A stretch of 44,150 bases of DNA, taken from the IMG/VR virus record IMGVR_UViG_3300005758_000043, one strand, 5' to 3'. Source of the stretch: a virus (taxonomy: Duplodnaviria > Heunggongvirae > Uroviricota > Caudoviricetes). Under the pieces are notes generated by a model. That model was given only the letters and a program-made list of their open reading frames with translations, made no database searches and was not told where the DNA came from. Both the position numbers and the translations under genes were made by a program. Below, in pieces: positions 18,061-26,165 of this stretch. Numbering within the stretch: position 1 is the first letter of the stretch; every line of letters begins with the position of its first letter.

Positions 18061-18766
18061 TATATTTAGATCTAATTTCTAATACTTCTTTTATTGCTTT
18101 ATCGATATTTTTTTGATCGCTAGAAACACCAACTGGATTTCTATAATAAAGTCCAACAATTTCTTTAAGATTTTTCATTTTCCCGCCATTTACTAGCACT
18201 CTAAACCACATATCATAGTCTGCGGCGGAAAAATATTTGGTATCAAATACTCCAAATCTATCGTGAATAGATTTTTTCCAAACTGGAAGGCAATGAGGAG
18301 AATTATGGACAAGTTGATTTTGTAATGTGCCTTCTAAAGCGGGGTAATATGTTTTAGATGCGCAAAACTCAAAAATTTCATTAGGAATTTCGCTAATTAA
18401 AGTAGGTCCATAGCATATATCATAATCTGGATTCTCTTCTAAAAATGAAACTTGCTTTTCTAAAGAATTGAAAGATCTTCGGTCATCAGTATTCCAATTG
18501 GTTAATATATCAGAAGAAGATAGTTCAATACCTTTATTCCAAGCCTCATAGACGCTACATTTATTGAGTTTGTAATATTTAAAATTTTTAAGACTCAAAA
18601 AAGGCTTAATTATTTCATAATCAGAATTATTAACATTATCATTACAATCTAATAATAAAAACTCTGATTCGTTAAATATGGTTTGCCTTTTGGCATCAAC
18701 TAAAAAATGATACAAAAATTCAGAAGAATTATAAATAGAAGTTATGACAGAAACTCGATGACTCAT
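18035..18766 (-). CDS. family 2 glycosyltransferase
   Basis: VSVITSIYNS, YEAWNKGI, NWNTDDRR and AADYDMWFR. Confidence 0.85.
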   Translation of the reverse strand: MSHRVSVITSIYNSSEFLYHFLVDAKRQTIFNESEFLLLDCNDNVNNSDYEIIKPFLSLKNFKYYKLNKCSVYEAWNKGIELSSSDILTNWNTDDRRSFNSLEKQVSFLEENPDYDICYGPTLISEIPNEIFEFCASKTYYPALEGTLQNQLVHNSPHCLPVWKKSIHDRFGVFDTKYFSAADYDMWFRVLVNGGKMKNLKEIVGLYYRNPVGVSSDQKNIDKAIKEVLEIRSKYNDQLNHML

Positions 18767-18785
18767 ACTTTCGTATGATCATACA

Positions 18786-19754
18786 TTAAAGATCTATTTC
18801 TTCAACAAAATCTTCAACTTTTTCCAAATCTTGCCATCTTGCGAAGATTTCGGATTGATCAATAAATGAAGAATCGTCCCAATCCCAATCCATTCCGTCA
18901 TCATCGCTTAAAAGAAAGTCTTCTGAAGCCATGGAAGAAACTGGTTTTTTACTCCAGAATTTGCAACTCCAGTAGCGAGCTTTCCACTTAGGCCCAACAT
19001 TTGTATCGCATTGATGTCTTGCTCTAAAGCTTTTTCTTCTTTCTGGATCGTCGCGGCGAATCTCCATATTTGGATCACCAAATTTAACCATTACAATATT
19101 GCCTTTATCGTTTTTGACATAGACTCCAAATTTTTTATTTGATCCACTAGGCAATCTAAAAGGTTTATTGAGCGTCTTTTTTTCAGCTTCAGAATAATCA
19201 ATATCAAACAAGTCAATATCGCCTTCTTCTTCTAAATTGACATTTGCTTTGATAAGATCAATCCTTGCAATATCAAAATCAATCGAGTCGAATTGCCAAA
19301 ATACATCTTCCGCTTTTTGCTCGTAATAAAGTTCTGATCCAGAAGCGACATCTTGATCTGCCGCTCTATAAGAATCTTTTACTTTATCGCCGCGCATCAT
19401 CTTCAAAAACATATTTACGCGAGCCATCGCCCAACTATTTCTGCTTTGACCTGGTCTATGAGAAGAAGAAAAAGCCCCCAAGCCTCTACGATAAACTTTT
19501 TTCAATTGAGACAAGGAGACTTTTTTATCGTATTTTTCATTATGGGATTTTACTTTTTCTTGAAGAGAGCTTACGATTTTTTCATTAAACTCAATTTTTC
19601 CGCCGTCTTCTCCAGCAGATCCTTTTCGGTTTTTATCTGAACCTGTTTTTTGATCAGATTTAGGAGCAGGAGTCTGCGCTCCACTCTTAGGTCCAGGTCT
19701 ATTAGCAGAAGACTCAAATAAATTTTTAATTTTATCAGAAAAATCCAATTCCAT
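18786..19754 (-). CDS. two-module basic/acidic viral protein (DUF5824-like plus DUF6321/DUF5754-like modules)
   Basis: LKKVYRRGLGAFSSSHRPGQSRNSWAMARVNMFL and KKFGVYVKN..VKFGDPNMEIRRDDPERRKSFRARHQC..ARYWSCKFW, motifs recalled from large-virus proteins. The tail is acidic. Confidence 0.55.
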   Translation of the reverse strand: MELDFSDKIKNLFESSANRPGPKSGAQTPAPKSDQKTGSDKNRKGSAGEDGGKIEFNEKIVSSLQEKVKSHNEKYDKKVSLSQLKKVYRRGLGAFSSSHRPGQSRNSWAMARVNMFLKMMRGDKVKDSYRAADQDVASGSELYYEQKAEDVFWQFDSIDFDIARIDLIKANVNLEEEGDIDLFDIDYSEAEKKTLNKPFRLPSGSNKKFGVYVKNDKGNIVMVKFGDPNMEIRRDDPERRKSFRARHQCDTNVGPKWKARYWSCKFWSKKPVSSMASEDFLLSDDDGMDWDWDDSSFIDQSEIFARWQDLEKVEDFVEEIDL

Positions 19755-19772
19755 AATTATAGTTATAATTTA

Positions 19773-19778
19773 TTACAC
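19773..19778 (-). promoter_or_regulatory. GTGTAA upstream motif
   Basis: The minus strand reads TTTTGTGTAATAAATTATAACTATAATT-ATG in the nrdA/next-gene gap. Confidence 0.45.
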
Positions 19779-19803
19779 AAAATTTGATATTTTTGTTATT
19801 TTT

Positions 19804-21486
19804 TTAATCAGCGCAAGACTCGCATGCGTCCCATTTTTCTCCACCTTTTTCTAACGCTGCATGAGCTTGAGGGAAATAGTAGTAAAGAGTTTTTAAGCCT
19901 TTCTCAAATGCATATTTATGAATCTGATAAATATCGTGTTTTGTATAATTTGGACGATTAAACAAATTAATACTCTGAGCCATATCAATAAAAACTTGTC
20001 TATCAGCCGCCAAATCAATTATATCTTTTGGAGAAATTTCAGAAGCAGTTTTGAAGATAGATTTTTCCTTTTCATCGAGGAAATCAAGGTGCTGGACAGA
20101 TCCTAAGTTAGCTAAGATAGAATCCCAAACTTCAACAGTATCCTTGCCTTTTGATTCCAAAAGAACTTTAAGATGTTTATTTTTAGAAGTAGATTGAATT
20201 CCAGCTAGTGATTTTACATAGTAATTACTAAAACTAGGTTCAATTCCAAGAGTTGTGTCGCATAAGAATGAAGTTGATTTGTTTGGAGCAACCATCATTA
20301 ACGATACATTGCGGCGAACCATTTCTGCATCTTGGCACATTTTAGGGCTGCCAAGTTTTTCTCCAATTTCTAATGCATATTCTTCGCCAACGCTTCGGAT
20401 TGTAAAGAAAATATCTTTATTGATCCATCTGCTGTTAAGATCTCCAAAAGCGCATCCTTTAGATTGAAGATATTCATGGAAACCAAGAACGCCAAGGCCA
20501 ATATCTCTTTTTTCCATAGCGGAACGGCGAGCTTTCTCCATAAAAGGAACGCCTTCGGTAAGCCTAATAAATTCAGATACGTTAATATCTAAGAACATGT
20601 AGGCATCTTTAATAATCTGAGGATTTGCCTTGATTTCATCCCAATGAACGGCATTTAATGAGCAAATGACGCAAACAAAACTCTTGTCATCATACTTAGG
20701 AGTAAGAACTTCGGTGCAGATATTGGTAGAAGTGACCGTGTGACCGAGTTTAGCATAAACTGGGCTTTGATTCTTATTGCAATTTTCAATATCAACAAGA
20801 TATAATTTGCCAGAAGCTTCTCTAATGCTAAGGCACTTCAGGAATCTTTTTTGAGCTTCTTTGTCTCCATTTTGGATTCTATTTCTAAATCCAATTGGAA
20901 GAGTAACTCCAAGATTGTTATTTACCAAAGGATCATTTTTATCTGGATTTGTTTTATCGCAGCGTTGCAGAATATCATAAAATTCTGGATCGTCAATAGA
21001 AATGAATGGCACAGAATAACCCCTTCTTTGAGATCCCTGAGAAACTTTTTGGCTTGCGCTAACAAGATCTTCAATCCAATCCAGCTTAGAATTTGTATAA
21101 AATCCTTCTTCAACGAATTCACCTTTATTCGATAAATTGGTAAAATCCGCGCCAACGCCGCCACCTAACTTAGACATCATTGCAGTTTCTCCAATTGCAT
21201 AATAAATGCCTTGAATACTATTTGTCGGAGAAGTGATATAACATGAAGCTGGGAGAGGAGACGTTCCACTTTTCTTCTCCTTTCCTAAATTAGCCCACTG
21301 TGGAGTAGAAGGGCTTAAGATTCTTCTTTTGATATAAGAAGCAATCCTATCAGCCAGCCCTTCGGAATAGTCTGATTCATAGCGTTTGACAACAGCTTTG
21401 ATTTCATCAATTCTTCCATCCAGCGTATTTCCATTTAAATAATTCTTCGCACGAAGAAATTCTAGTTGTTCAGTTCCAAAACTCAT
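19804..21486 (-). CDS. nrdA: ribonucleotide reductase class I alpha subunit, no ATP cone
   Basis: LSPSTPQWAN, LPASCY, GGGVG, TNICTEV (Asn/Cys/Glu active-site motif), APNKSTS, KTLYYY and C-terminal CESC. The start is taken at ATG 21486 after the nrdB stop. Confidence 0.93.
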   Translation of the reverse strand: MSFGTEQLEFLRAKNYLNGNTLDGRIDEIKAVVKRYESDYSEGLADRIASYIKRRILSPSTPQWANLGKEKKSGTSPLPASCYITSPTNSIQGIYYAIGETAMMSKLGGGVGADFTNLSNKGEFVEEGFYTNSKLDWIEDLVSASQKVSQGSQRRGYSVPFISIDDPEFYDILQRCDKTNPDKNDPLVNNNLGVTLPIGFRNRIQNGDKEAQKRFLKCLSIREASGKLYLVDIENCNKNQSPVYAKLGHTVTSTNICTEVLTPKYDDKSFVCVICSLNAVHWDEIKANPQIIKDAYMFLDINVSEFIRLTEGVPFMEKARRSAMEKRDIGLGVLGFHEYLQSKGCAFGDLNSRWINKDIFFTIRSVGEEYALEIGEKLGSPKMCQDAEMVRRNVSLMMVAPNKSTSFLCDTTLGIEPSFSNYYVKSLAGIQSTSKNKHLKVLLESKGKDTVEVWDSILANLGSVQHLDFLDEKEKSIFKTASEISPKDIIDLAADRQVFIDMAQSINLFNRPNYTKHDIYQIHKYAFEKGLKTLYYYFPQAHAALEKGGEKWDACESCAD

Positions 21487-21490
21487 ATAG

Positions 21491-22474
21491 TTAAAAATTA
21501 AAATTATCCAAGTCAACATCAATATCCTCTGAAGCATATCCGCCAGCAGGACAGTCAAAGAAATCTGGTTCGCCCGCGTTCAGGACTTTTTCCATGAACC
21601 ATTTATTTTTTTGCTCATATAGATCGGCATTGTAATCGAATCTTACTCCAAGTTCAAGATCTTTACAAACTTCATTGATATTAAAGTTCAGAAAGTTTAT
21701 AACCTCTTCTTTTGTGAGGTGGGATGGAGTGCCATTTTCAAAAAACCAATTAATCAAATTGATTTCTGCTTCATAAGCATCTTTGATATTCTTTTCTACG
21801 AGTTCAATCAAATACTCGTCCCAGAGTTGAGGATGCTGGCTCTTGATTTTATTGATTATTGCCATACCGCAAGAGTAATGAACCATTTCTTCGGTGGCTG
21901 TAGTTTGCTGCAATGATGAAATTGTTTTGAGTCCTTTATTAGCCTTAGCATAAGACATCAAAATATAAAACTGAGTAAACAAACTGACTCTTTCAACAAG
22001 AGAAGTAAACAAAACAAGCTTTTTGAGGATTCTCTTTTTACCGATCACTTTTGGATCATTTTCCAAATATTTAGCAAGATAAGTAATTCTTCCCTCGGTT
22101 GCTGGATGACTGTGAATTTCCTGTGGATCAATTTTTAAATTCTCAAGCAAAGAATGGTATGATCGTCTATGAGTTGTTTCTGACATTCCAAACAAGCCTC
22201 CAATATCGCCAATAATCGTCTGTGGAAGATCAAAATGCAAAGAAGGCCAATATACCTTCACTTTGTCTTCAACGATGGCCACAGCCAAAATACAGCGCTT
22301 AATTGCCTCTTGGTCAACCTTGGTCATCGAATTGAAATAATAAGGGACATCCTGTTCTTTGATCAATTTTTCATACTTAGCTGGAGTCCAAAACCCTCTA
22401 TACATGATTCCCACATATTTATCCAGAAATTGATACTCTGGATCTAAATATTTACCCGCTTCAAAAATACTCAT
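21491..22474 (-). CDS. nrdB: ribonucleotide reductase class I beta subunit (class Id/NrdBi-like ligand pattern)
   Basis: GFWTP, VEDKVKVYW, SETTHRRSY, LVERVSLFTQF, EEMVH and PDFF. The start is taken at ATG 22474. Confidence 0.92.
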   Translation of the reverse strand: MSIFEAGKYLDPEYQFLDKYVGIMYRGFWTPAKYEKLIKEQDVPYYFNSMTKVDQEAIKRCILAVAIVEDKVKVYWPSLHFDLPQTIIGDIGGLFGMSETTHRRSYHSLLENLKIDPQEIHSHPATEGRITYLAKYLENDPKVIGKKRILKKLVLFTSLVERVSLFTQFYILMSYAKANKGLKTISSLQQTTATEEMVHYSCGMAIINKIKSQHPQLWDEYLIELVEKNIKDAYEAEINLINWFFENGTPSHLTKEEVINFLNFNINEVCKDLELGVRFDYNADLYEQKNKWFMEKVLNAGEPDFFDCPAGGYASEDIDVDLDNFNF

Positions 22475-22488
22475 AATAGTAGTGTGTT

Positions 22489-22494
22489 TTACAC
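22489..22494 (-). promoter_or_regulatory. GTGTAA upstream motif before nrdB
   Basis: The minus strand reads CGTGTAAAACACACTACTATT-ATG. Confidence 0.45.
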
Positions 22495-22754
22495 GTTGTA
22501 TCACATCTAAAATCAATCTGCAATGAAAATTTTCTTAAATTTTTTTCTTGACATCTAGGAAAAATGTCTTACGATAACGTAGCTACTTTACGATAATAAA
22601 CAATAAACTTTGGATGAGCCTAACGCGATTCACGATCAATCTATAGCGAATACGAATTAAATTAATTTTAAGCGAACCATATTGGTTGAAGTTTTACGCT
22701 ATTGATTATCCAAAGTTATTCAAAATTAATTTAATAGGACGAAAATTTTTGATA

Positions 22755-22783
22755 TTGACAAATATCGGAATACGTAGTATAAA
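22755..22783 (+). promoter_or_regulatory. consensus sigma70 promoter of the plus-strand operon
   Basis: TTGACA (22755-22760), 17 nt, TATAAA (22778-22783), then 6 nt and the ATG at 22790. Confidence 0.8.
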
Positions 22784-22789
22784 TATTTT

Positions 22790-23074
22790 ATGCTAGAACA
22801 ACAACACCAAAGAGCCTTTTTATGCTCAAGCGCTGAATGGACGCAGGTTGTGGAAAAAGCCTCTTCTTTTGAGGAGGCTGCGGCAATTGCCTTGCGTCAA
22901 CAAGTGGATTGTGATTCTGAAAAATTTTCTGTAGCAGCAGCTATTTCTGTTGTGCCAATTCAGATGTTTCAAGATGAAACTAAATTAATTTACTCTCCGT
23001 CTGTTTTGGCGGATATTGGCATGCATAAACATGCGACCGAAATGATCAAACAAATCGAAGAAGATGAAGGTTAA
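22790..23074 (+). CDS. hypothetical protein
   Basis: A 94-aa ORF right after a consensus promoter, overlapping the dUTPase start. Confidence 0.7.
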   Translation: MLEQQHQRAFLCSSAEWTQVVEKASSFEEAAAIALRQQVDCDSEKFSVAAAISVVPIQMFQDETKLIYSPSVLADIGMHKHATEMIKQIEEDEG

Positions 23075-23558
23075 AGCAAACTCACTCGATAAAATTTCCA
23101 AGCCTGCTCTCCAAGGAGATGCGGGCTTTGATGTTATAGCTAGTTCAGGCCCAGCTATCGTTGGAACAGAAGTATTGCCTGATGTATATTCGCATATATC
23201 ATATATTGAATATGATACTGATTTAATCATCGAACCAGATTCTGGAATACACTCTTATTTTTTTCCAAGATCTTCTATATCCAAAACCAACTTGATGTTT
23301 GCTAATAGCGTTGGAGTTATTGATAATGGATACAGAGGAACGCTTAAAGTTAGATTTAAATACATCGCACAGCCTTGTGATTTAATTATTCATAATGGAT
23401 CTATTTTTACGCAAGTTAATTGGTCATTTATTTATAAAAAGGGAGATAAAATTGGACAGTTAGTATTCAGCGAAACTCTCACTCCAGAACTTGAATTAGT
23501 TGATTCATTTGAAGAAACCAGTAGAAATGCAGGAGGCTTTGGCAGCACAGGATCATGA
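23064..23558 (+). CDS. dut: trimeric dUTPase
   Basis: All five motifs are present: AGFD, PRSS, GVIDNGYRG, GDKIGQLV and RNAGGFGSTG. Confidence 0.95.
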   Translation: MKVKANSLDKISKPALQGDAGFDVIASSGPAIVGTEVLPDVYSHISYIEYDTDLIIEPDSGIHSYFFPRSSISKTNLMFANSVGVIDNGYRGTLKVRFKYIAQPCDLIIHNGSIFTQVNWSFIYKKGDKIGQLVFSETLTPELELVDSFEETSRNAGGFGSTGS

Positions 23559-24139
23559 ATATTATTGGAATTTCTGGACCAGCAAGAAGTGGCAAAGATA
23601 CTCTAGGGGACAATATAATGTCGATTCTTAAGGAATGGGGCATTGCTTGTCAAAAAGTTTCATTTGCAAATGAACTTAAAAAAGAAACTGACGATTTTCT
23701 AAAAGATAAAATTGGTATTAGTTCATTCACTCAAAATGACGAAGAAAAGAAAATCATTCGTCCATTTTTGGTTACTTGGGGAACGCATGTTCGAAGAAAG
23801 TTAAATCCTGATGTTTGGATTGATTCTGTAAAAAACCTTCTTTCAGATAAGGTTGTTTCTATCATTAGCGATGTTAGATTTGAAAATGAATTAGAATGGG
23901 TTAAGAAATCTGGCGGATATTCTATCTTTGTAGAAAGATATGATCCAGAAGGAAATCTTATTCCTCCAGCAAACAAAGAAGAAGAGGAGCATACAATGAA
24001 ACTTAAATCAGATTGTGATTGTTCGTTTGTATGGGGAAGCATTTCGGATGAGAAATGGCTTTCAGCTATTGCTTACGAGGTCTTATTAAAGGCCATTCCA
24101 GAAAGCCAATTAGAAACATGGACTCAGACTTGTCATTAA
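23555..24139 (+). CDS. deoxynucleoside monophosphate kinase-like P-loop kinase
   Basis: IGISGPARSGKDT, SFANELK, RPFLVTWGT..RR..PDVWI and IISDVRFENE. Confidence 0.8.
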   Translation: MNIIGISGPARSGKDTLGDNIMSILKEWGIACQKVSFANELKKETDDFLKDKIGISSFTQNDEEKKIIRPFLVTWGTHVRRKLNPDVWIDSVKNLLSDKVVSIISDVRFENELEWVKKSGGYSIFVERYDPEGNLIPPANKEEEEHTMKLKSDCDCSFVWGSISDEKWLSAIAYEVLLKAIPESQLETWTQTCH

Positions 24140-24687
24140 TTGAAAACATCAAACAAAATAACGATAGCGAAAGTCTTCGTGAACTAATTGATAGACATTC
24201 TGGAATCTATATAGATATGGTTAACAGAACTGTTTCTGATTCTTGTTCATTCATGAATAAAAAGGAGATCCTTTTGGATAAGGATTATTATATTTATTCT
24301 GCGGCTTTAAATTTCCAACCAAGTAAAAATACTAAATTTTCTACTTATTTGGCAAATGATACTCGCTGGAGATGCCTGAACATGTTTAATAAAAATAAAA
24401 AAATGGTCCAAGAGCCTTTAGATGATTCTATAAAAGAAAAATCTAGCTCTGATGATTTTTTATCAGATCTTCAACAACAAGAACTCGTCAACAAAATTAT
24501 TGATTTGGCGAACAAAAGTTCAGACAAAAGAATTAAGAAAATTATTGACATGAGATATTGTTTTGGTTATACTAAAACTCACTCATGGAAAGAAATTTCC
24601 AAAGCTCTAAACATGAGCATACAAGGATGTATCGACATTCACAATAAATTTATTCAAAAAATAAAGAAAGAAATAACAAATGTATAA
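24118..24687 (+). CDS. phage sigma70-family (region 2 + region 4) transcription factor
   Basis: Region 2-like LIDRHSGIY..KFSTYL and region 4 HTH IIDMRY..SWKEISKALNMSIQGC. The start is taken at ATG 24118. Confidence 0.75.
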   Translation: MDSDLSLIENIKQNNDSESLRELIDRHSGIYIDMVNRTVSDSCSFMNKKEILLDKDYYIYSAALNFQPSKNTKFSTYLANDTRWRCLNMFNKNKKMVQEPLDDSIKEKSSSDDFLSDLQQQELVNKIIDLANKSSDKRIKKIIDMRYCFGYTKTHSWKEISKALNMSIQGCIDIHNKFIQKIKKEITNV

Positions 24688-25075
24688 CACAATCATCGCA
24701 GCAGGCTACTTGGTAAACGATCCAATCGTTCGAAATACTTCCACTGGAAAGACCATTTGCACAATCCGCATGTGCATTTCTGAAAATAATGCAAAGAACA
24801 AGTGCTTTATTGACGTAGAAGCTTGGGAGAAGACCGCAGAGGTCTGTGCCAAGTATCTTACTAAGGGCCGCGAAGTCCTTGTCGAAGGCGAACTTTGCCT
24901 TTCTTCTTGGCAGGGTAACGATGGAAAGACTCAATCAAAGAACTTTATCAGAGCGAATCGAGTAAAGTTTATCGGTTCTGCAAAGAGTTCAAGTGATGCT
25001 TCTCAGTCTGGTTCATCCAGCGCACCCGCTCCAGCAGCATCTCCATCAGGAGATGAAGACGATATTCCATTCTAA
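24680..25075 (+). CDS. ssb: single-stranded DNA-binding protein
   Basis: OB fold (GYLVNDP..FIDVEAWEKTAEVCAKYLTKGREVLVEGEL) and acidic C-terminal tip DEDDIPF. Confidence 0.93.
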   Translation: MYNTIIAAGYLVNDPIVRNTSTGKTICTIRMCISENNAKNKCFIDVEAWEKTAEVCAKYLTKGREVLVEGELCLSSWQGNDGKTQSKNFIRANRVKFIGSAKSSSDASQSGSSSAPAPAASPSGDEDDIPF

Positions 25076-26151
25076 TGAAACTCCTTGTTGAAACTCCAAT
25101 TAATTCCCTGAGCTTTGGTAATGTTTCTGTTAACATTCTCAGGGAATTGCATAAGAAAAATGTAGAAGTCGGGCTGTTCCCAATTGGGAACCCAGATCTC
25201 TCTGCTTATTCACTAGATCAGTCTTTTACTAAGTGGCTCCAAGAAAGCATTGATAAGAGACTTGATCTTTTGTCGGAAAAAACTCCAGTATTCAAACTCT
25301 GGCATCTGAATGGGGGCGAAAATAGAAAAACTCCAAAGCAACATTTATATACTTTTTATGAATGTAGCCAACCAACAAAAGATGAGGTTTCTGTCTGTAA
25401 ATCTCAAGATTTAACGTTCTTTAGTTCCAAATATTCAAAAGACCTGTTTGATGCTGCTGGTTGCACTAATACTGCTTTTCTTCCTCTTGGCTTTGATCCA
25501 GATTTTAAACCAACAAATAAAGAATACCTACGGGGCGTTATTCATTTTGGTTTGATGGGTAAATTGGAAAAGAGAAAGCATACAGTTTCTATTATTCAAA
25601 CTTGGTTAAAGGCTTTTGGAAATGATAATCGCTATCAGCTTTCCTGCTGTATTACAAATCCATTTTTAAAGCCAGAACAAATGCAAGCGGCTATCGCTAA
25701 TATTCTTCAAGGTAAGCGTTATACGAATATTAATTTCCTTCCATATTTATCAACAAATAAAGAGGTTAATGAATTCCTAAATGCTATTGATATTGATTTG
25801 ACGGGTCTTAGCGGTGGGGAAGGTTGGAATCTTCCTAGCTTTAATGCTACATGTTTAGGCAAATGGTCTATCGTCTTAGCCGCTACATCACATCTTGATT
25901 GGGCTACACAGGATAATTCAATCATGATTGAACCTAATGGCACAATGCCAGTTGATGACGGGTTTTTCTTCAGTCGCGGGCAACCATTTAATCAAGGCGT
26001 ATTTTACACTTGGGATGAAGATGTAGCTATTGCTGCGATGGAACTGGCTGTTAGAAAACATTCAATTGTCAATAAAAATGGAATTGAATTAGGCAATAAA
26101 ATGACTTACAGTGCTACTGTTGATTCAATTATTGAATCTTTCGCTAATTAA
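25075..26151 (+). CDS. GT-B (GT4-like) glycosyltransferase
   Basis: LPLGFDP..FKP, GKLEKRKH and GGEGWNLPSFNATCLGK (E-G-F-G-L-P-type motif). Confidence 0.75.
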   Translation: MKLLVETPINSLSFGNVSVNILRELHKKNVEVGLFPIGNPDLSAYSLDQSFTKWLQESIDKRLDLLSEKTPVFKLWHLNGGENRKTPKQHLYTFYECSQPTKDEVSVCKSQDLTFFSSKYSKDLFDAAGCTNTAFLPLGFDPDFKPTNKEYLRGVIHFGLMGKLEKRKHTVSIIQTWLKAFGNDNRYQLSCCITNPFLKPEQMQAAIANILQGKRYTNINFLPYLSTNKEVNEFLNAIDIDLTGLSGGEGWNLPSFNATCLGKWSIVLAATSHLDWATQDNSIMIEPNGTMPVDDGFFFSRGQPFNQGVFYTWDEDVAIAAMELAVRKHSIVNKNGIELGNKMTYSATVDSIIESFAN

Positions 26152-26160
26152 GCTTATAAT
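26132..26160 (+). promoter_or_regulatory. sigma70-like promoter
   Basis: TTGAAT (26132-26137), 17 nt, TATAAT (26155-26160), then 5 nt and the ATG at 26166. Confidence 0.6.
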
Positions 26161-26165
26161 ATTCT

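Noticed and set aside
4614-21486. Inteins, introns or homing endonucleases in dnaE, dnaB, recA or nrdA
   Set aside because: Protein lengths and motif spacing are continuous. No C/S...HN-C/S/T splice junctions or LAGLIDADG/HNH motifs were seen.
21487-24117. Longer ORF-track starts for nrdA (21558), nrdB (22516) and sigma (24055); likewise 40927, 16790, 9614 and 2337
   Set aside because: The extensions overlap upstream genes or promoter motifs. Downstream ATGs give standard stop-start coupling and family-typical N-termini.
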